A DNA stretch of 64,000 bases from assembly GCA_951406725.2 (NCBI GenBank), contig OX597817.1, positions 59,706,001 to 59,770,000 of the forward strand, given 5' to 3'. The stretch's first letter is position 1; each line of letters opens with the position of its first letter. This document shows, piece by piece, positions 29,991-42,317 of this stretch. Below the pieces are notes generated by a model that was given only the letters and a program-made list of their open reading frames with translations, had not been told where the DNA came from and made no database searches. This stretch comes from Octopus vulgaris. Lineage: Eukaryota. The translations under genes were made by a program, and so were the position numbers.

Positions 29991-31561
29991 TGTGTCAAAA
30001 CTTGAAAATGTGTGTGTGTGCATGTGTACGCATGTGTATATAAACTCGCATTTGTATGTGTATAAAAAAAAGTATGTATATTTGTGTGTGTGTGCATGTG
30101 TACAAACTCACAAAGGTGTATGTGTGTGTATGCACAAAAGGTGTTGCTCCTTTCACCATCTGTGATGGCTATTCAGCTAGTTACATTTATCCCTTCGTAG
30201 TTAAAAGATTAAATCACAATCAAAAATGGAAATTATAATTGTGGCCAATGCCAGTGTCACCTGACTGGTTCTCATACTGGTGGGTCATTGCCAGTGCCGC
30301 CTGACTGGCTCCTCATGCCGGTGGCATGTAAAAAGCACCATCCAAATGTGGTCAATGCCAGACCCCTCGCCCTGACTGGCTCCTGTGCTGGTAGCACGTA
30401 GAAGGCAACATCTGAATGTAGCTATTGCCAGTGCTGCTTGACTGGCTCCTCATGCCGGTGGCATGTAAAAGGTACCTGCTACACTCTTGGAGTGGTTGGC
30501 ATTAGGAAGGGCATCCAGCTGTTGAAACATTGCCAGATCGGATTGGAGCCTGGTGCGGCCTCCTGGCTTGCCAGTCTCCAGTCAAACCGTCCAACCCATG
30601 CCAGCATGGAAAGCAAACATTAAACGATGATGATGATGATGACAAGGCAGTGGTATTTGTTGTTATAATTTTGATTCAGAGGAAGAAATGTGTGTGTGTG
30701 TGTGATGGTCTGTCCCACTGAGAATGATATACAAGCTTCCAGTTTGATCAGCAAAATTGTCTACTCATCATGCTCAGGTGGATTGCAACTGTGCCTCCCC
30801 TTGATATATTTCTCTTTGATGTGAATCTGAATAACAAAGTCTAGTGGATGGCAAGTAATGGATGCTGTACATGATACATCACCATTTAATGTCTGTGTTC
30901 CTTTCTGGTATGGACTGGACACTTTGACCAGGATCTGACAGTTCCAAGCATGACATTGTCCTCTAGTTTCTGCTTTCGTTGGATGCCCTTCCTAATCTCA
31001 CCAATCACTTTTCGGTGCTTTTTTTCATGGTACCATTGAGGTCATCATGCAGCTCACATGACGAAAACCCAAGGCAGGACGGGCAGTTTAGTAAAGTATT
31101 ATGGGATGGAAGTAGGGGCGACTGGGGTCTTGTAGAGGGGCTACACAGCTGTTCACAGGGATGAGAATGATACATTCCTAATTTATTAAAAGTTCCTCAT
31201 CTTGGACTGATAGAAAACAAAGATTTGGTAAATCTTAGCAACTGTGAATGAGGAAGGGAGATAAATCCAGAAATGGTGAACTTTTTTTACATGTATTTGG
31301 ATTAGTGAAGACTTTGCCTTTTCTCTTTTGACACTTATTTTCATCTAAAATAAGACAATCTGACTGACAGACAAATTTCCATTCACTAATATGTTATAGA
31401 ACCACTGCACTGAGTCTTCTACCTGCGCATATGGCCTAATTTGACAGCTACACTGTTTCGATACTCAACATTCTTCAGCTAGATTTTTTTTCATTCAGTT
31501 GATGTCTACAGACATAATGTCTGTTTCTCAGCTTTTGACTTTTGCAATTCTTCTCTTCCAG

Positions 31562-31660
31562 TGCCTCCATTAAAAGTGTCTGCTGGCACCAACAAACGTC
31601 TGCAACTTCCCAAGAATAAAATTTTTATTACCGCATATGTTATGGATGAGCCATTAGAAG
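31562..31660 (+). CDS. KIAA0319L: PKD cassette copy 1, exon A (PKD1 N-part)
   Basis: LPPLKVSAGTNKRLQLPKNKIFITAYVMDEPLE; resembles human AAVR VSAGESVQITLPKNEVQLNAYVLQEP (recalled). Confidence 0.92.
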
Positions 31661-31701
31661 GTAAATCATGGATGACTATTTTAATCTAATATTGCTTTTG
31701 T

Positions 31702-31757
<56 letters not shown>

Positions 31758-31776
31758 CTTGCTTTTCTAATTGCAG

Positions 31777-31880
31777 GAAAGGAGTTCCATTACAAATGGT
31801 CAATGATAACATTCCCTAAAGGTGCTGAGAAACAAGGGTCAATGACTGGACCAGACAGTCAGACATTTATTCTCAAAGAT
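31777..31880 (+). CDS. KIAA0319L: PKD cassette copy 1, exon B
   Basis: GKEFHYKWSMITFPKGAEKQGSMTGPDSQTFILKD; AG/GT boundaries. Confidence 0.92.
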
Positions 31881-33961
31881 GTAAGTGGATTGCCAATTTA
31901 CTCTCCCTCTCTTTGTCTTTCTCTCCCTTTCTTTCTCTCTCTCTTTCTCTCCCTCTCTCATTGTATGAATTAATTGACTGACAAGGGACTAAGAATTATG
32001 TAACCAACATCATTAACATCGCAGTTTGTTTCTGCAGTGTACTCAGATTTTAAAAGCTCTGAAGAAGCTATCGGATGTTGCCCAAGCTCTCAGCTCTGAG
32101 AGCATTGCTTCTTTTAGCAGAAACATCTGTAAGCCAATGAAGCTGATTATGTATTTTCAGTTCTTGTCATTCAATCAATTTATATTATGCTCTCTACTTT
32201 ACTCTAAAGCATATCTTTATTGAGTCCTAACATCAGGTTGTCTCACTATGTCTATGCAAAATCATCACAAATATGCACACAAGAATTGGTAATTCTGAAA
32301 CATGGTATTGATTTTTTTTTTAATATTCCATGTTGAGGATCTTTCAGCCCCACCCGACTTATTATTCTCTACATACACGGAAGATATTAATGTGACTGAT
32401 TTTGCATCTCAAACATCTGAAATCAGTGTCTGCGAGAAAATCCTGGTCGGAGACAATATGCAAAAAGATTGGGTTCCATTTGCTCTCAATATTTCTCATT
32501 TCTTTTGGTTAGTGTTTTTTAGGAGCAGAGGCACAGCTGTGTGCTTAAGAAATTTACTCTTCAACCACATAGATTTTGGTTCAGTGCCACTGTGTGGCAC
32601 CTTGGGCAAGTGCCATCTTCTATAGCTCCAGGCTGACCAAAGCCTTGTGAGTGGATTTGGCAGACAGAAATGAAAATAAATCTGTCCTATATATCTTCCT
32701 CATCATCTTCTTCCATTTTAACATCCATTTTCTGTGCTGCTATGCATTGGATGGCTTGACAGGACCCAACAAGCCACAGGGCTGCACCATGTCCCTTTGT
32801 CTGCACTGGCATCATCTCTATAGCTGGATGACCTTCCTAATGCTAGCAGTTGGACTGGTGGGGGGAAGCTTGTTTTCATGCCACCAGCACTAGTGAGATT
32901 GCCGACTAACTGGGAAGACAGGAAAACACCCCGCCTAAACAGCGTGTGCCTGGGGGAGTTGGTTTTACACTAGGTGTTGGTGGTGGTTAAAGTTTGGAAG
33001 GAGGGACAAGTCCAGATGTGTTACTATGGTGAATATAAATATTTGCCCCACATTATATAAGAGTGGATGGGACTAGCTAGGAAGTAAGAAGAGATGGTTG
33101 TTATGGTGAGCCAGTGCAAACCCTCTAGGAGCCAGAAAAGATATGGATGAGGAGGAGAAAGAAGGGGGAGAGTGACAACAGATGGTTAGAGATAGGGGTT
33201 AGAAGTGAAGGCGGTGACAAACGAGTGGGAGTGCAGCTTGGTGGGAAGTAGCAGTATTGAGGGAAGGGGTAAGGGGAGAGATAATAAAGGCTGAAGGATA
33301 ACAGATCAGGAAGTAGGGGACAATGATCAAGGAGTGGAAGGGAGGGAGACATGATGATGGTATGTAAATGTGGCCATGGTTAGTGGACATGGTAGCTGAT
33401 GGAGGAGGGCATTGGGAATGAAAGCAGATATGAGATGGAGAGTCACTGGAGGGAGAGATAGGAGGGAATTGGTGAACATGGGAAAGGATGAGGATGGAAA
33501 TGCAGGCTGGAGGCAGTGACTGGTAACGCAAAGAGTTAGGGGATGTGATGGTATGTGTGCCAAGGGGGTGGGGGGTGGGGAAAGAGTGATGTGGGGAATG
33601 TTTGATGGAGCAGAATGAGCATAGGAACAGGGCCTAGCATGCACCCATAGACAATGCTTTTAGGACATGCGTGCGTGTGTGTGTGTTTGTATCTCCTTGT
33701 TGTGACTTTCTGTAATAACTGTAAATTCATTCATTTCCAATATTCTGTGGAATCATCTGTGGCCAGGGAGAAATGTTACTTTGCTTGGAAGCAAGGGAGG
33801 GTTGGCCACAGAAAGGGCATTTGGCCATAGAAAATCCGCCTCACTAGTTTCTTCTTCACTTTTTAACCTTGAAGAAAAGAAATATGTGCATTTTTTTGTC
33901 TTTTTTTTGTGTGTAGTGTATTATGATTGTTTAATTACTAACTTATTATTTTAATATTTAG

Positions 33962-34049
33962 CTTGTTGCTGGTCTTTACACCTTGAAACTTGAAGTCACT
34001 GGAAACAACCGAGCTGGTGAAGCCTATGTCAATGTAACTGTTATCCCAC
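33962..34049 (+). CDS. KIAA0319L: PKD cassette copy 1, exon C (PKD1 end)
   Basis: LVAGLYTLKLEVTGNNRAGEAYVNVTVIP. Confidence 0.92.
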
Positions 34050-34761
34050 GTAAGTAATGAAAATAACCACCTGCATTGTGTTGTGTTGCTCTCATTAGAC
34101 GGAATGGTCAGAAATGGTTAAGAAGCTTTCTTGACAATCGCAAGGTCCTACTTCTTGGCATTTTGAGCAAATGTCTTTTACTGTAGCTTCACATCAAGAC
34201 AAGCCTTCTGAGTGAAATTGGGTTGATTGAAACTGTAGGGAAGCCCATCAAACAAATCATATTTGTAATTCAATCCTTTAGCATTCAGGGGCATTTTGTC
34301 TGTTTTTACATTCTGAGTTCAAATCCCACCAATGTCGACTTTGTCTTTCATCCTTCCAGGGTTGATGGAATCAACTAGACTCTCCTCCACTAAAATTTCA
34401 GGCTTTATCCCTTATCACAGAAAAGACTTTAATTATTATCAAGGCTATTAATTGCTATATTAATTAGCAGGGATTTTATCTTGAGGTTTGGTGACAACAA
34501 TTCTCCTCAAATCTCAAGAATCTTTCTTAGGATTCTCAAAGAATATGGAATGGTACTTTTCTGCAGGTTGACATTGTGAGTCTCAGTTCCAATAGTTTTC
34601 AGTCTTTTTGGTAACATTTTCAGTGTTGTGCCAAGAGCATCCTTTACCACAGGAAGGAACTTTTGAAATTTTTGTCTTCCACAATTTCTTCTTCTCTTTG
34701 ATTAGTCCCAGATATTTCTCAATTTTCTCTAAATATTATCATTATTATTATTATTATTTAG

Positions 34762-34851
34762 CAAAGAGGATTAATAAACCCCCAGTCGCTATAATTAAAC
34801 CAACATCTCTCCAGATCAAGTTACCTACATCTGCTATCCTTGACGGCTCAG
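34762..34851 (+). CDS. KIAA0319L: PKD cassette copy 1, exon D (PKD2 start)
   Basis: PKRINKPPVAIIKPTSLQIKLPTSAILDGS. Confidence 0.92.
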
Positions 34852-35035
34852 GTGAGTAGACAGGCAGACACCACTGTCTTATGTAGATTTCTATGTATGT
34901 GTATCTGTGTATCTGTGTGTGTGTGTGTGCATGTATGTGTGTCTATGTGTAGGTTTTTTTTTACATTTTATTCAGCTATAATATGTATTGAATAAATACT
35001 AATGCTAAGTACTAATACTACTAATTCTGTGTGTC

Positions 35036-35070
<35 letters not shown>

Positions 35071-36651
35071 CTGACTGCTTGTATTTTCTCATATATTTGT
35101 GTGTGTGTATATATATATCTTTCATTTATTCATTTAAATGTACAGAGTTCACAGGAAATGGTACAGCATCATGGTGCTGTTAAACTGGGTGGTTTGTTAA
35201 ATGTCTCACCTGAAAATGTGGACAAAGAAAACATGAATAATGTCTTTGTGGATTTTCATGCTTCTTCCTCTATGTCTAAAAATTATTGAATAAAAGCCTT
35301 TTATATTGTTGTTCAGTTACATATGGCATAAACCCACCTGATGGCACTTGCTTGTAGCGAATCTCAACACCTCCTCCTCTTGAAGACGCTTAAATGATGT
35401 TAGTGTTCTGTTTAAATCTGTGCCCTGACACAGCTTCACCATCTTCTCTTTCTCATACTGAGGTAGCCATGTATCTCCTGCACAGCAAAAGACCTGTCTC
35501 AGTCCGGCTATCATACTCTAACCCCTCATCACCTGTCATCTCCCTTAGTATGACACCACCTTCAGTTGAGGGGTCTTGTCATGGTGTTAGGAAGGACATC
35601 ATCCAGCTGTGGAAATCCTGGCAAAATGAATGTTGGAGCTTGGTGCAGTCCTCTAACTCCCAAGCTCCTGTCAAACTGTCCAACCCATGCCAGTATGGAA
35701 AACGGACATTAAATGACAATGGTAGGAAATTAAAAAACTAAAAGTTGGTTCATATATTCAGTGAAAAACAAAAAATTAAACATTTAGCTAATGACTAATG
35801 TTACTTTCAATTGGAATTATGGAAGATAACTCAAGACATTTCAGGATTTATATGGGGTTCTTCAGCAGAAATGTTTTATTTACTGAATATACAGAATTTG
35901 TTGTTGTGGAGAGAAAGGTATATAATTGTCTGTCTCTGGAACTGATGAATCCTTGAATAATTCTTTTCCTGATCACATTTCAGTTTGTTTAAACTGAAAA
36001 ACCAATCTTCTCAATTTGACATCAACTCAACATAAACCACATCAATCAAAACTAGTCTGGGAAGCATCAAAGTTACTTCTCCTCCTCTCACTTACATTCC
36101 ATGCCACTACACTCCCATGCTTGCACACCTCCACACACCCCAAGAAACCACATGCACCCTATACCACCATACCCCTGCCGATCTCTATTCACAGAATCCA
36201 GTCTCGTCTGGATTTAACAGTCTCTATCTTAGTCGTCCACCGTTCATTCTTATGATGACATGTACACACCACCCTACCTCTTCCTTCCTTTTTAACCCTT
36301 ACAGCTACATTCCCACCTAGCCCCTAACCTTTCTTTCCAAGCACTTTTTCTCGTTCTTTCCTCATACATTCGTTTTTTTCCTGAAGAACTAATCTCTGAA
36401 ACATGGAGACAGTTTCCCTCATTAAGTGTTAAACATCATTGGTTATAAGGTTTCCCTTCCATGTTGTCTTCTTCAAGGCAGTGCCCCAGCATGGCCGCAG
36501 TCCAATAATTGAAACAAGTAAAAGGTAAAAGACCATTGTCTTTGCTCTGGGGATAGAATTTCATTTGCCCTGCAAAGGTTTGTCATGTGAATGCTTGTCC
36601 CCTGCTCCAATTGCTGTTACTAACGGCACTTTCTTGCTTCCATATTTGCAG

Positions 36652-36784
36652 ACAGCACAGATGACATGAAAGTCGTCAAGTATAAATGGGAAGAGGTTAG
36701 TGGTCCCATCAATGACCGACCCATCGAAAGTAATGCATCCATGTTGAAACTCAATCATCTGGAACCAGGGAAATATCAGTTTAA
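36652..36784 (+). CDS. KIAA0319L: PKD cassette copy 1, exon E
   Basis: DSTDDMKVVKYKWEEVSGPINDRPIESNASMLKLNHLEPGKYQF. Confidence 0.92.
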
Positions 36785-37504
36785 GTAAGTAAATTCCATC
36801 TCGTCTTCATTTTTTTCCATGTTAAATGGAAATAAGTCATTTTTCACTTTGATTTTCTCTTCATCTTTCATGTTTTGAATGCATTTAATACTTGTGTTTT
36901 GAGTTGTTATGTAAGATAACCATTACATAATAATATTACCCTCATCAGTCAACATTTTAAAATATAAAGATATATAAAAATCTGGCCTGTATTTAGTAGT
37001 TGTCTGGATAGTCTTAGAAACCCACCAAAGTACAAAGAAGGTGGAGGGAGATAGGTTGAGAAAGGTGTGTGTAAGAGGTAGGGGAAATATGAGTAAATAA
37101 ATATATTATTAAACAGGCAATAAAGCCTAATTGCAGAGATGAAATAAAAAGAACGCAGAAAAAGAAAAAAGAAAGAACAGTAACTGATAAACATTAGACA
37201 CCAAGTGATAGACAAAAAATATAGACAGGAGGGTGCCAAATATAACATCTAATTACTCATAAAATAACTGAAAAAAAAATGAAGGAGTTTCAGCCATTTC
37301 TAATGGATCATAGCATCTTTGACAATTCTTTTTGTGCCTTATAATTTAACACACTCGGCAGTAAAATTTCCACTTATTTTTATTTTCCTAAAATTTTTGT
37401 TGTGTCTTGCAACCTTTTCAAAATCCAAAAATGAAATCTCTGACAATGTTTGTAGTATCATTGACTTTCTATAGAACAGATGTAAACACACCCACACACA
37501 CATT

Positions 37505-37551
<47 letters not shown>

Positions 37552-38081
37552 CACTGCTGAGTGGTTGGTGTTAGGAAGGGCATTCAGCAGTAAAAATCCT
37601 GTCAAGACAGTCACGGAATTCTGGTGCAGGCTTCTGCGCCTGGCTGGCTCTTGTCAAACCATCCCACCCATGTTAGCATGGAAGGCGGATATTAAACAGT
37701 GATGATGATGAAATACATAAGCATATATACATGTATATTCTCACATATATGTACAAACACATACAACTGTGCATATACACACATACAAGCTAAGAAGAAT
37801 AGTAGTGATGGGGTCTCTGGAACAATTGCTTGATACAGTAGAAACTTTTGTATCATTCAAACATACTGGAAATGTTACCATTAACCATTCTGGCCTGAGG
37901 ATTGCCCTAAGCATGAAACTTTTGAGAAATTAGTTGTGAAGTGACTGGACCTAACGACATAGAATATTTACTGTCCTTTACTCTACCACATTTGAGGAAT
38001 GTGTGTTTTTAAGTATAAATATGTATTTTTGTATACATAGATACATACACACACGTTTATAAAATTCATTTTTATTTTCAG

Positions 38082-38146
38082 GTTAACCGTGACTGATTCT
38101 GATGGTGCCACAAATTCCACTTTAGCTAATGTTACCGCTATTAAAG
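38082..38146 (+). CDS. KIAA0319L: PKD cassette copy 1, exon F (PKD2 end)
   Basis: KLTVTDSDGATNSTLANVTAIK; resembles AAVR LTVVDSDGATNSTTANLTV (recalled); ends phase 1. Confidence 0.92.
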
Positions 38147-40635
38147 GTTTGTATATTTCCATTTCTTTTACAAATTATACACAAGGCTGTTGAGTTTCAT
38201 TTCCTGAATATTAAAATAATGCTTTACATGAGCCAACCAGTTTTTTTATAAGTTTGTATTTGTAAAACTAAACTGAAGTAAACCAGAACACAAAACATCT
38301 GGAGGCCCCCAACTCTTACCTGCATTCCAAGCAAGGTATTTTTGTTTCATTCCACTGGTATTCATATGTCAAAGCTTAAACTGTTTATTGGAGATTATAA
38401 ACAAAGAAAGGCGCAGGCATGGCTGCGTGGCAAGAAGCTTGCTTCCCAACCACATGGTCCCAGGTTCAATCCCACTGTATAGCACTTTGGGCAAGTATCT
38501 TCTATTATAGCCTTGGGCCAACCAAAACCTTGTGAGTGGATTTGGTAGATGGAAACTGAAAGAAGCCTGTCGTTTATGTGTATATATGTTTGTGTGTCTG
38601 TGTTTCACCCCATACCATCATTTGACAACCGATGTTGGTGTGTTTACATCCCCGTAACTTAGCAGTTTGGCAAAAGAGATTGATAGAATAAATACTAGGC
38701 TTATAAAGAATAAGTCCTGAGGTCGATTTGTTCGGCTAAAGGTGGTGCTCCAGCATGGCCACAGTCAATTGACTGAAATGAGTAAAAGAAAATAAAAGAA
38801 TAAAGATGCTGCTTTTTGCTCAGACTACATTGAGGACACGTGGAATGACATCTTCACACTCACTTAAACACACACACACACACACATAACAAGCTTTTTC
38901 TCAGTTTCATTTCTTAGTCCCACTCACAAGGCATTGTTTGGCCTAAAACTACGACAGAAAACTCTTGGCCAAGGTGCCACCACATAGCAGGACTGAAAAC
39001 CTCAACCAGGATCCTGTCAGAATGTCCAACTCATACCAGCATGGAAAGCAGGTGGGAAATGATGATAATACACACAACAGATACGTGGGATGAAGTAGTG
39101 AAGGCCAAAGACAAAGGACCAAGATATCTGGTGCCTTGCTGTACTCGGGAGACCTCTTCACCACAGCTGAATTGATATCCTAAGCCACATTGGTTAATTG
39201 CTCCCCTCCCAGCTGAAGGGGGTTTTGTCTTGCAAGTTATTTGGTGACCCTGGTGGTACTGGCACCACCTAAGAAGCACCTGTGCCGGTGCCATGTAAAA
39301 AGCACTCAATACACTGTGTAAAGCAAACCCAGTCATAGAAATTATGCCAAGACAGATGGTTGGAATGTGGTGCAGCTCTTCAGCCTTGCCAGCTCTGGTG
39401 AAACTGTCCAACCCATGCCAGCAAGGAAAGCAGACATTAAATAATGATGATGATGATCATTATCATTTAATGTTCATTTTCCATGCTAGCTTTGGTTGAA
39501 TGGTTTGATGATCCAACATGCAATAGGGCCGTGTGTCAAGTTCCAGTACCTGCTACACTCTTGGAGTGGTTGGCATTAGGAAGGGCATCCAGCTGTTGAA
39601 ACATTGCCAGATCGGATTGGAGCCTGGTGCGGCCTCCTGGCTTGCCAGTCTCCAGTCAAACCGTCCAACCCATGCCAGCATGGAAAGCAAACATTAAACG
39701 ATGATGATGATGATGACAAGGCAGTGGTATTTGTTGTTATAATTTTGATTCAGAGGAAGAAATGTGTGTGTGTGTGTGATGGTCTGTCCCACTGAGAATG
39801 ATATACAAGCTTCCAGTTTGATCAGCAAAATTGTCTACTCATCATGCTCAGGTGGATTGCAACTGTGCCTCCCCTTGACATATTTCTCTTTGATGTGAAT
39901 CTGAATAACAAAGTCTAGTGGATGGCAAGTAATGGATGCTGTACATGATACATCACCATTTAATGTCTGTGTTCCTTTCTGGTATGGACTGGACACTTTG
40001 ACCAGGATCTGACAGTTCCAAGCATGACATTGTCCTCTAGTTTCTGCTTTCGTTGGATGCCCTTCCTAATCTCACCAATCACTTTTCGGTGCTTTTTTTC
40101 ATGGTACCATTGAGGTCATCATGCAGCTCACATGACGAAAACCCAAGGCAGGACGGGCAGTTTAGTAAAGTATTATGGGATGGAAGTAGGGGCGACTGGG
40201 GTCTTGTAGAGGGGCTACACAGCTGTTCACAGGGATGAGAATGATACATTCCTAATTTATTAAAAGTTCCTCATCTTGGACTGATAGAAAACAAAGATTT
40301 GGTAAATCTTAGCAACTGTGAATGAGGAAGGGAGATAAATCCAGAAATGGTGAACTTTTTTTACATGTATTTGGATTAGTGAAGACTTTGCCTTTTCTCT
40401 TTTGACACTTATTTTCATCTAAAATAAGACAATCTGACTGACAGACAAATTTCCATTCACTAATATGTTATAGAACCACTGCACTGAGTCTTCTACCTGC
40501 GCATATGGCCTAATTTGACAGCTACACTGTTTCGATACTCAACATTCTTCAGCTAGATTTTTTTTCATTCAGTTGATGTCTACAGACATAATGTCTGTTT
40601 CTCAGCTTTTGACTTTTGCAATTCTTCTCTTCCAG

Positions 40636-40734
40636 TGCCTCCATTAAAAGTGTCTGCTGGCACCAACAAACGTCTGCAACTTCCCAAGAATGAAATTATT
40701 CTTACCGCATATGTTATGGATGAGCCATTAGAAG
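40636..40734 (+). CDS. KIAA0319L: PKD cassette copy 2, exon A (variant KNEIILTA)
   Basis: Same splice sites; 3 nonsynonymous differences. Confidence 0.9.
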
Positions 40735-42141
40735 GTAAATCAGATTTCAATTTTTCCTTGTTTGTATTTTTTCTTTTTAAATTAATGTTTTCACAGGTGC
40801 AGGCTGGCTGTGTGCTTGAGAAGTTCGCTTCCCTGTCATGTAGTTTTGGGTTCAGCCCCACTGCACAGCACCTTAGGCAGCTGTCTTCTACTATACCCCT
40901 GGGCCAACCAGTACATTGTGAGTGAAAGAAGCAGTGTGTTTATTGTAGTTAAATGTCACTATCATACAAGCAGCGTCCATTCATTTGCAATCTGCTGTGA
41001 AAACCTGTCCAGTTCTTTGGTTTTTCATGTTTGAAGGACTCGAGGGAAATGTTGCCTTGCTTGGAAGCATGGAGAGGATGGTAACAAGGAAAACATACAG
41101 CTGTATAAAATATACTTCAATAAATTTCACCTGACTTCTTGTGCAAGCACGGAAAAGAGGACATTCAAAGCAACCTTTTATTTGATTCCAACCATGCTGG
41201 GACACTGCCTTGAATGAAAATATTTTTCATTGTCTGCTAGGATTGGAATCCAGATCTACTGTAAATCCTGCAGCTGTGGTCACCATTTAGTCAAACGGCT
41301 ATTTTTTTCATGGATGATGTTTCTTGTATGGTTCCGGAATGTCAGCCACAGCGTTTTTCTTCATGTTGTTCAATTTTCGAAGTTTGGATCCTGTGTATTC
41401 TGTTCTCTTCTCTAAAGACCCAGCTGGGCTGGTGGCTTGTGTCGGTTGGCCTCATGGTTACAGTGGAGATAGGGACTGACTGGGACACTGCACCAGGGGT
41501 TGCTCAGGACAACCCAAGCAGATACCCAAGAAATGGTGAATGTAGCAATGCACTGCAATGGCACATGCTTGATGCTTTCATCAAAATCCAATTTTATTTT
41601 CATGGTTTTAGTCAAACGACAACAGGATGTGCTTTCCTTGCATACATCATGGCTATTAATGATGTATACGAGTGTTTTATATCTTGCTTAGCTGAATATA
41701 CTTGCTGTATACAATAGGATATATACACAAGTGTATATAGAAACTCAGTCAAGCCTGAACTGGCTTTACAGCTTGCTCCACCAAATCGTAAACAAATTTG
41801 CAATATCTTTCCATGCATAAAATTTTGAACGAATGAAAAAAGAGAAGAATGAAATGCCATGGAAGAAGTTTGCATATTTCTTTGTTGTTGACATTCGTTT
41901 ATGTTTTCGGTAAAGAATGGGCTGCATTGTAGGTGCGCGCCTGTAAAGGTGTGGCTTGGACTATGTCACTGTGAAGTTACTAAAATAGTTTAGTTATATA
42001 TTATGTAACTGTGAACTTAGCCACCAGACTGAATAAGAATCTGTTAAAATATCTTGGATGAATGCTACAGTTAGTTTGCCTTTTCCTATTTACATTAAGT
42101 ATGATATATGGATGACTATTTTAATCTAATATTGCTTTTGT

Positions 42142-42195
<54 letters not shown>

Positions 42196-42214
42196 CTTGC
42201 TTTTCTAATTGCAG

Positions 42215-42317
42215 GAAAGGAGTTCCATTACAAATGGTCAATGATAACATTCCTAAAGGTGCTGAGAAACAAGGGTCAATGACTGGACCAGACAGTCAGA
42301 CATTTATTCTCAAAGAT
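42215..42317 (+). CDS. KIAA0319L: PKD cassette copy 2, exon B, 1-bp deletion frameshift (103 nt)
   Basis: ATTCCTAAA versus ATTCCCTAAA in the other copies; TGA at 42280-42282. Confidence 0.8.

Larger units (their letters stand above)
30472..39545 (+). repeat. Intragenic tandem duplication unit, copy 1 (9074 bp)
   Basis: Identity with later copies begins at GTACCTGCTACACTC. Confidence 0.95.

Noticed and set aside
32026-33730. ORFs recurring in each unit (e.g. MVLIFFL..., Pro/Ser-rich minus-strand ORFs)
   Set aside because: Intronic low-complexity or SINE sequence; recurrence merely reflects the duplication, and frames break between copies
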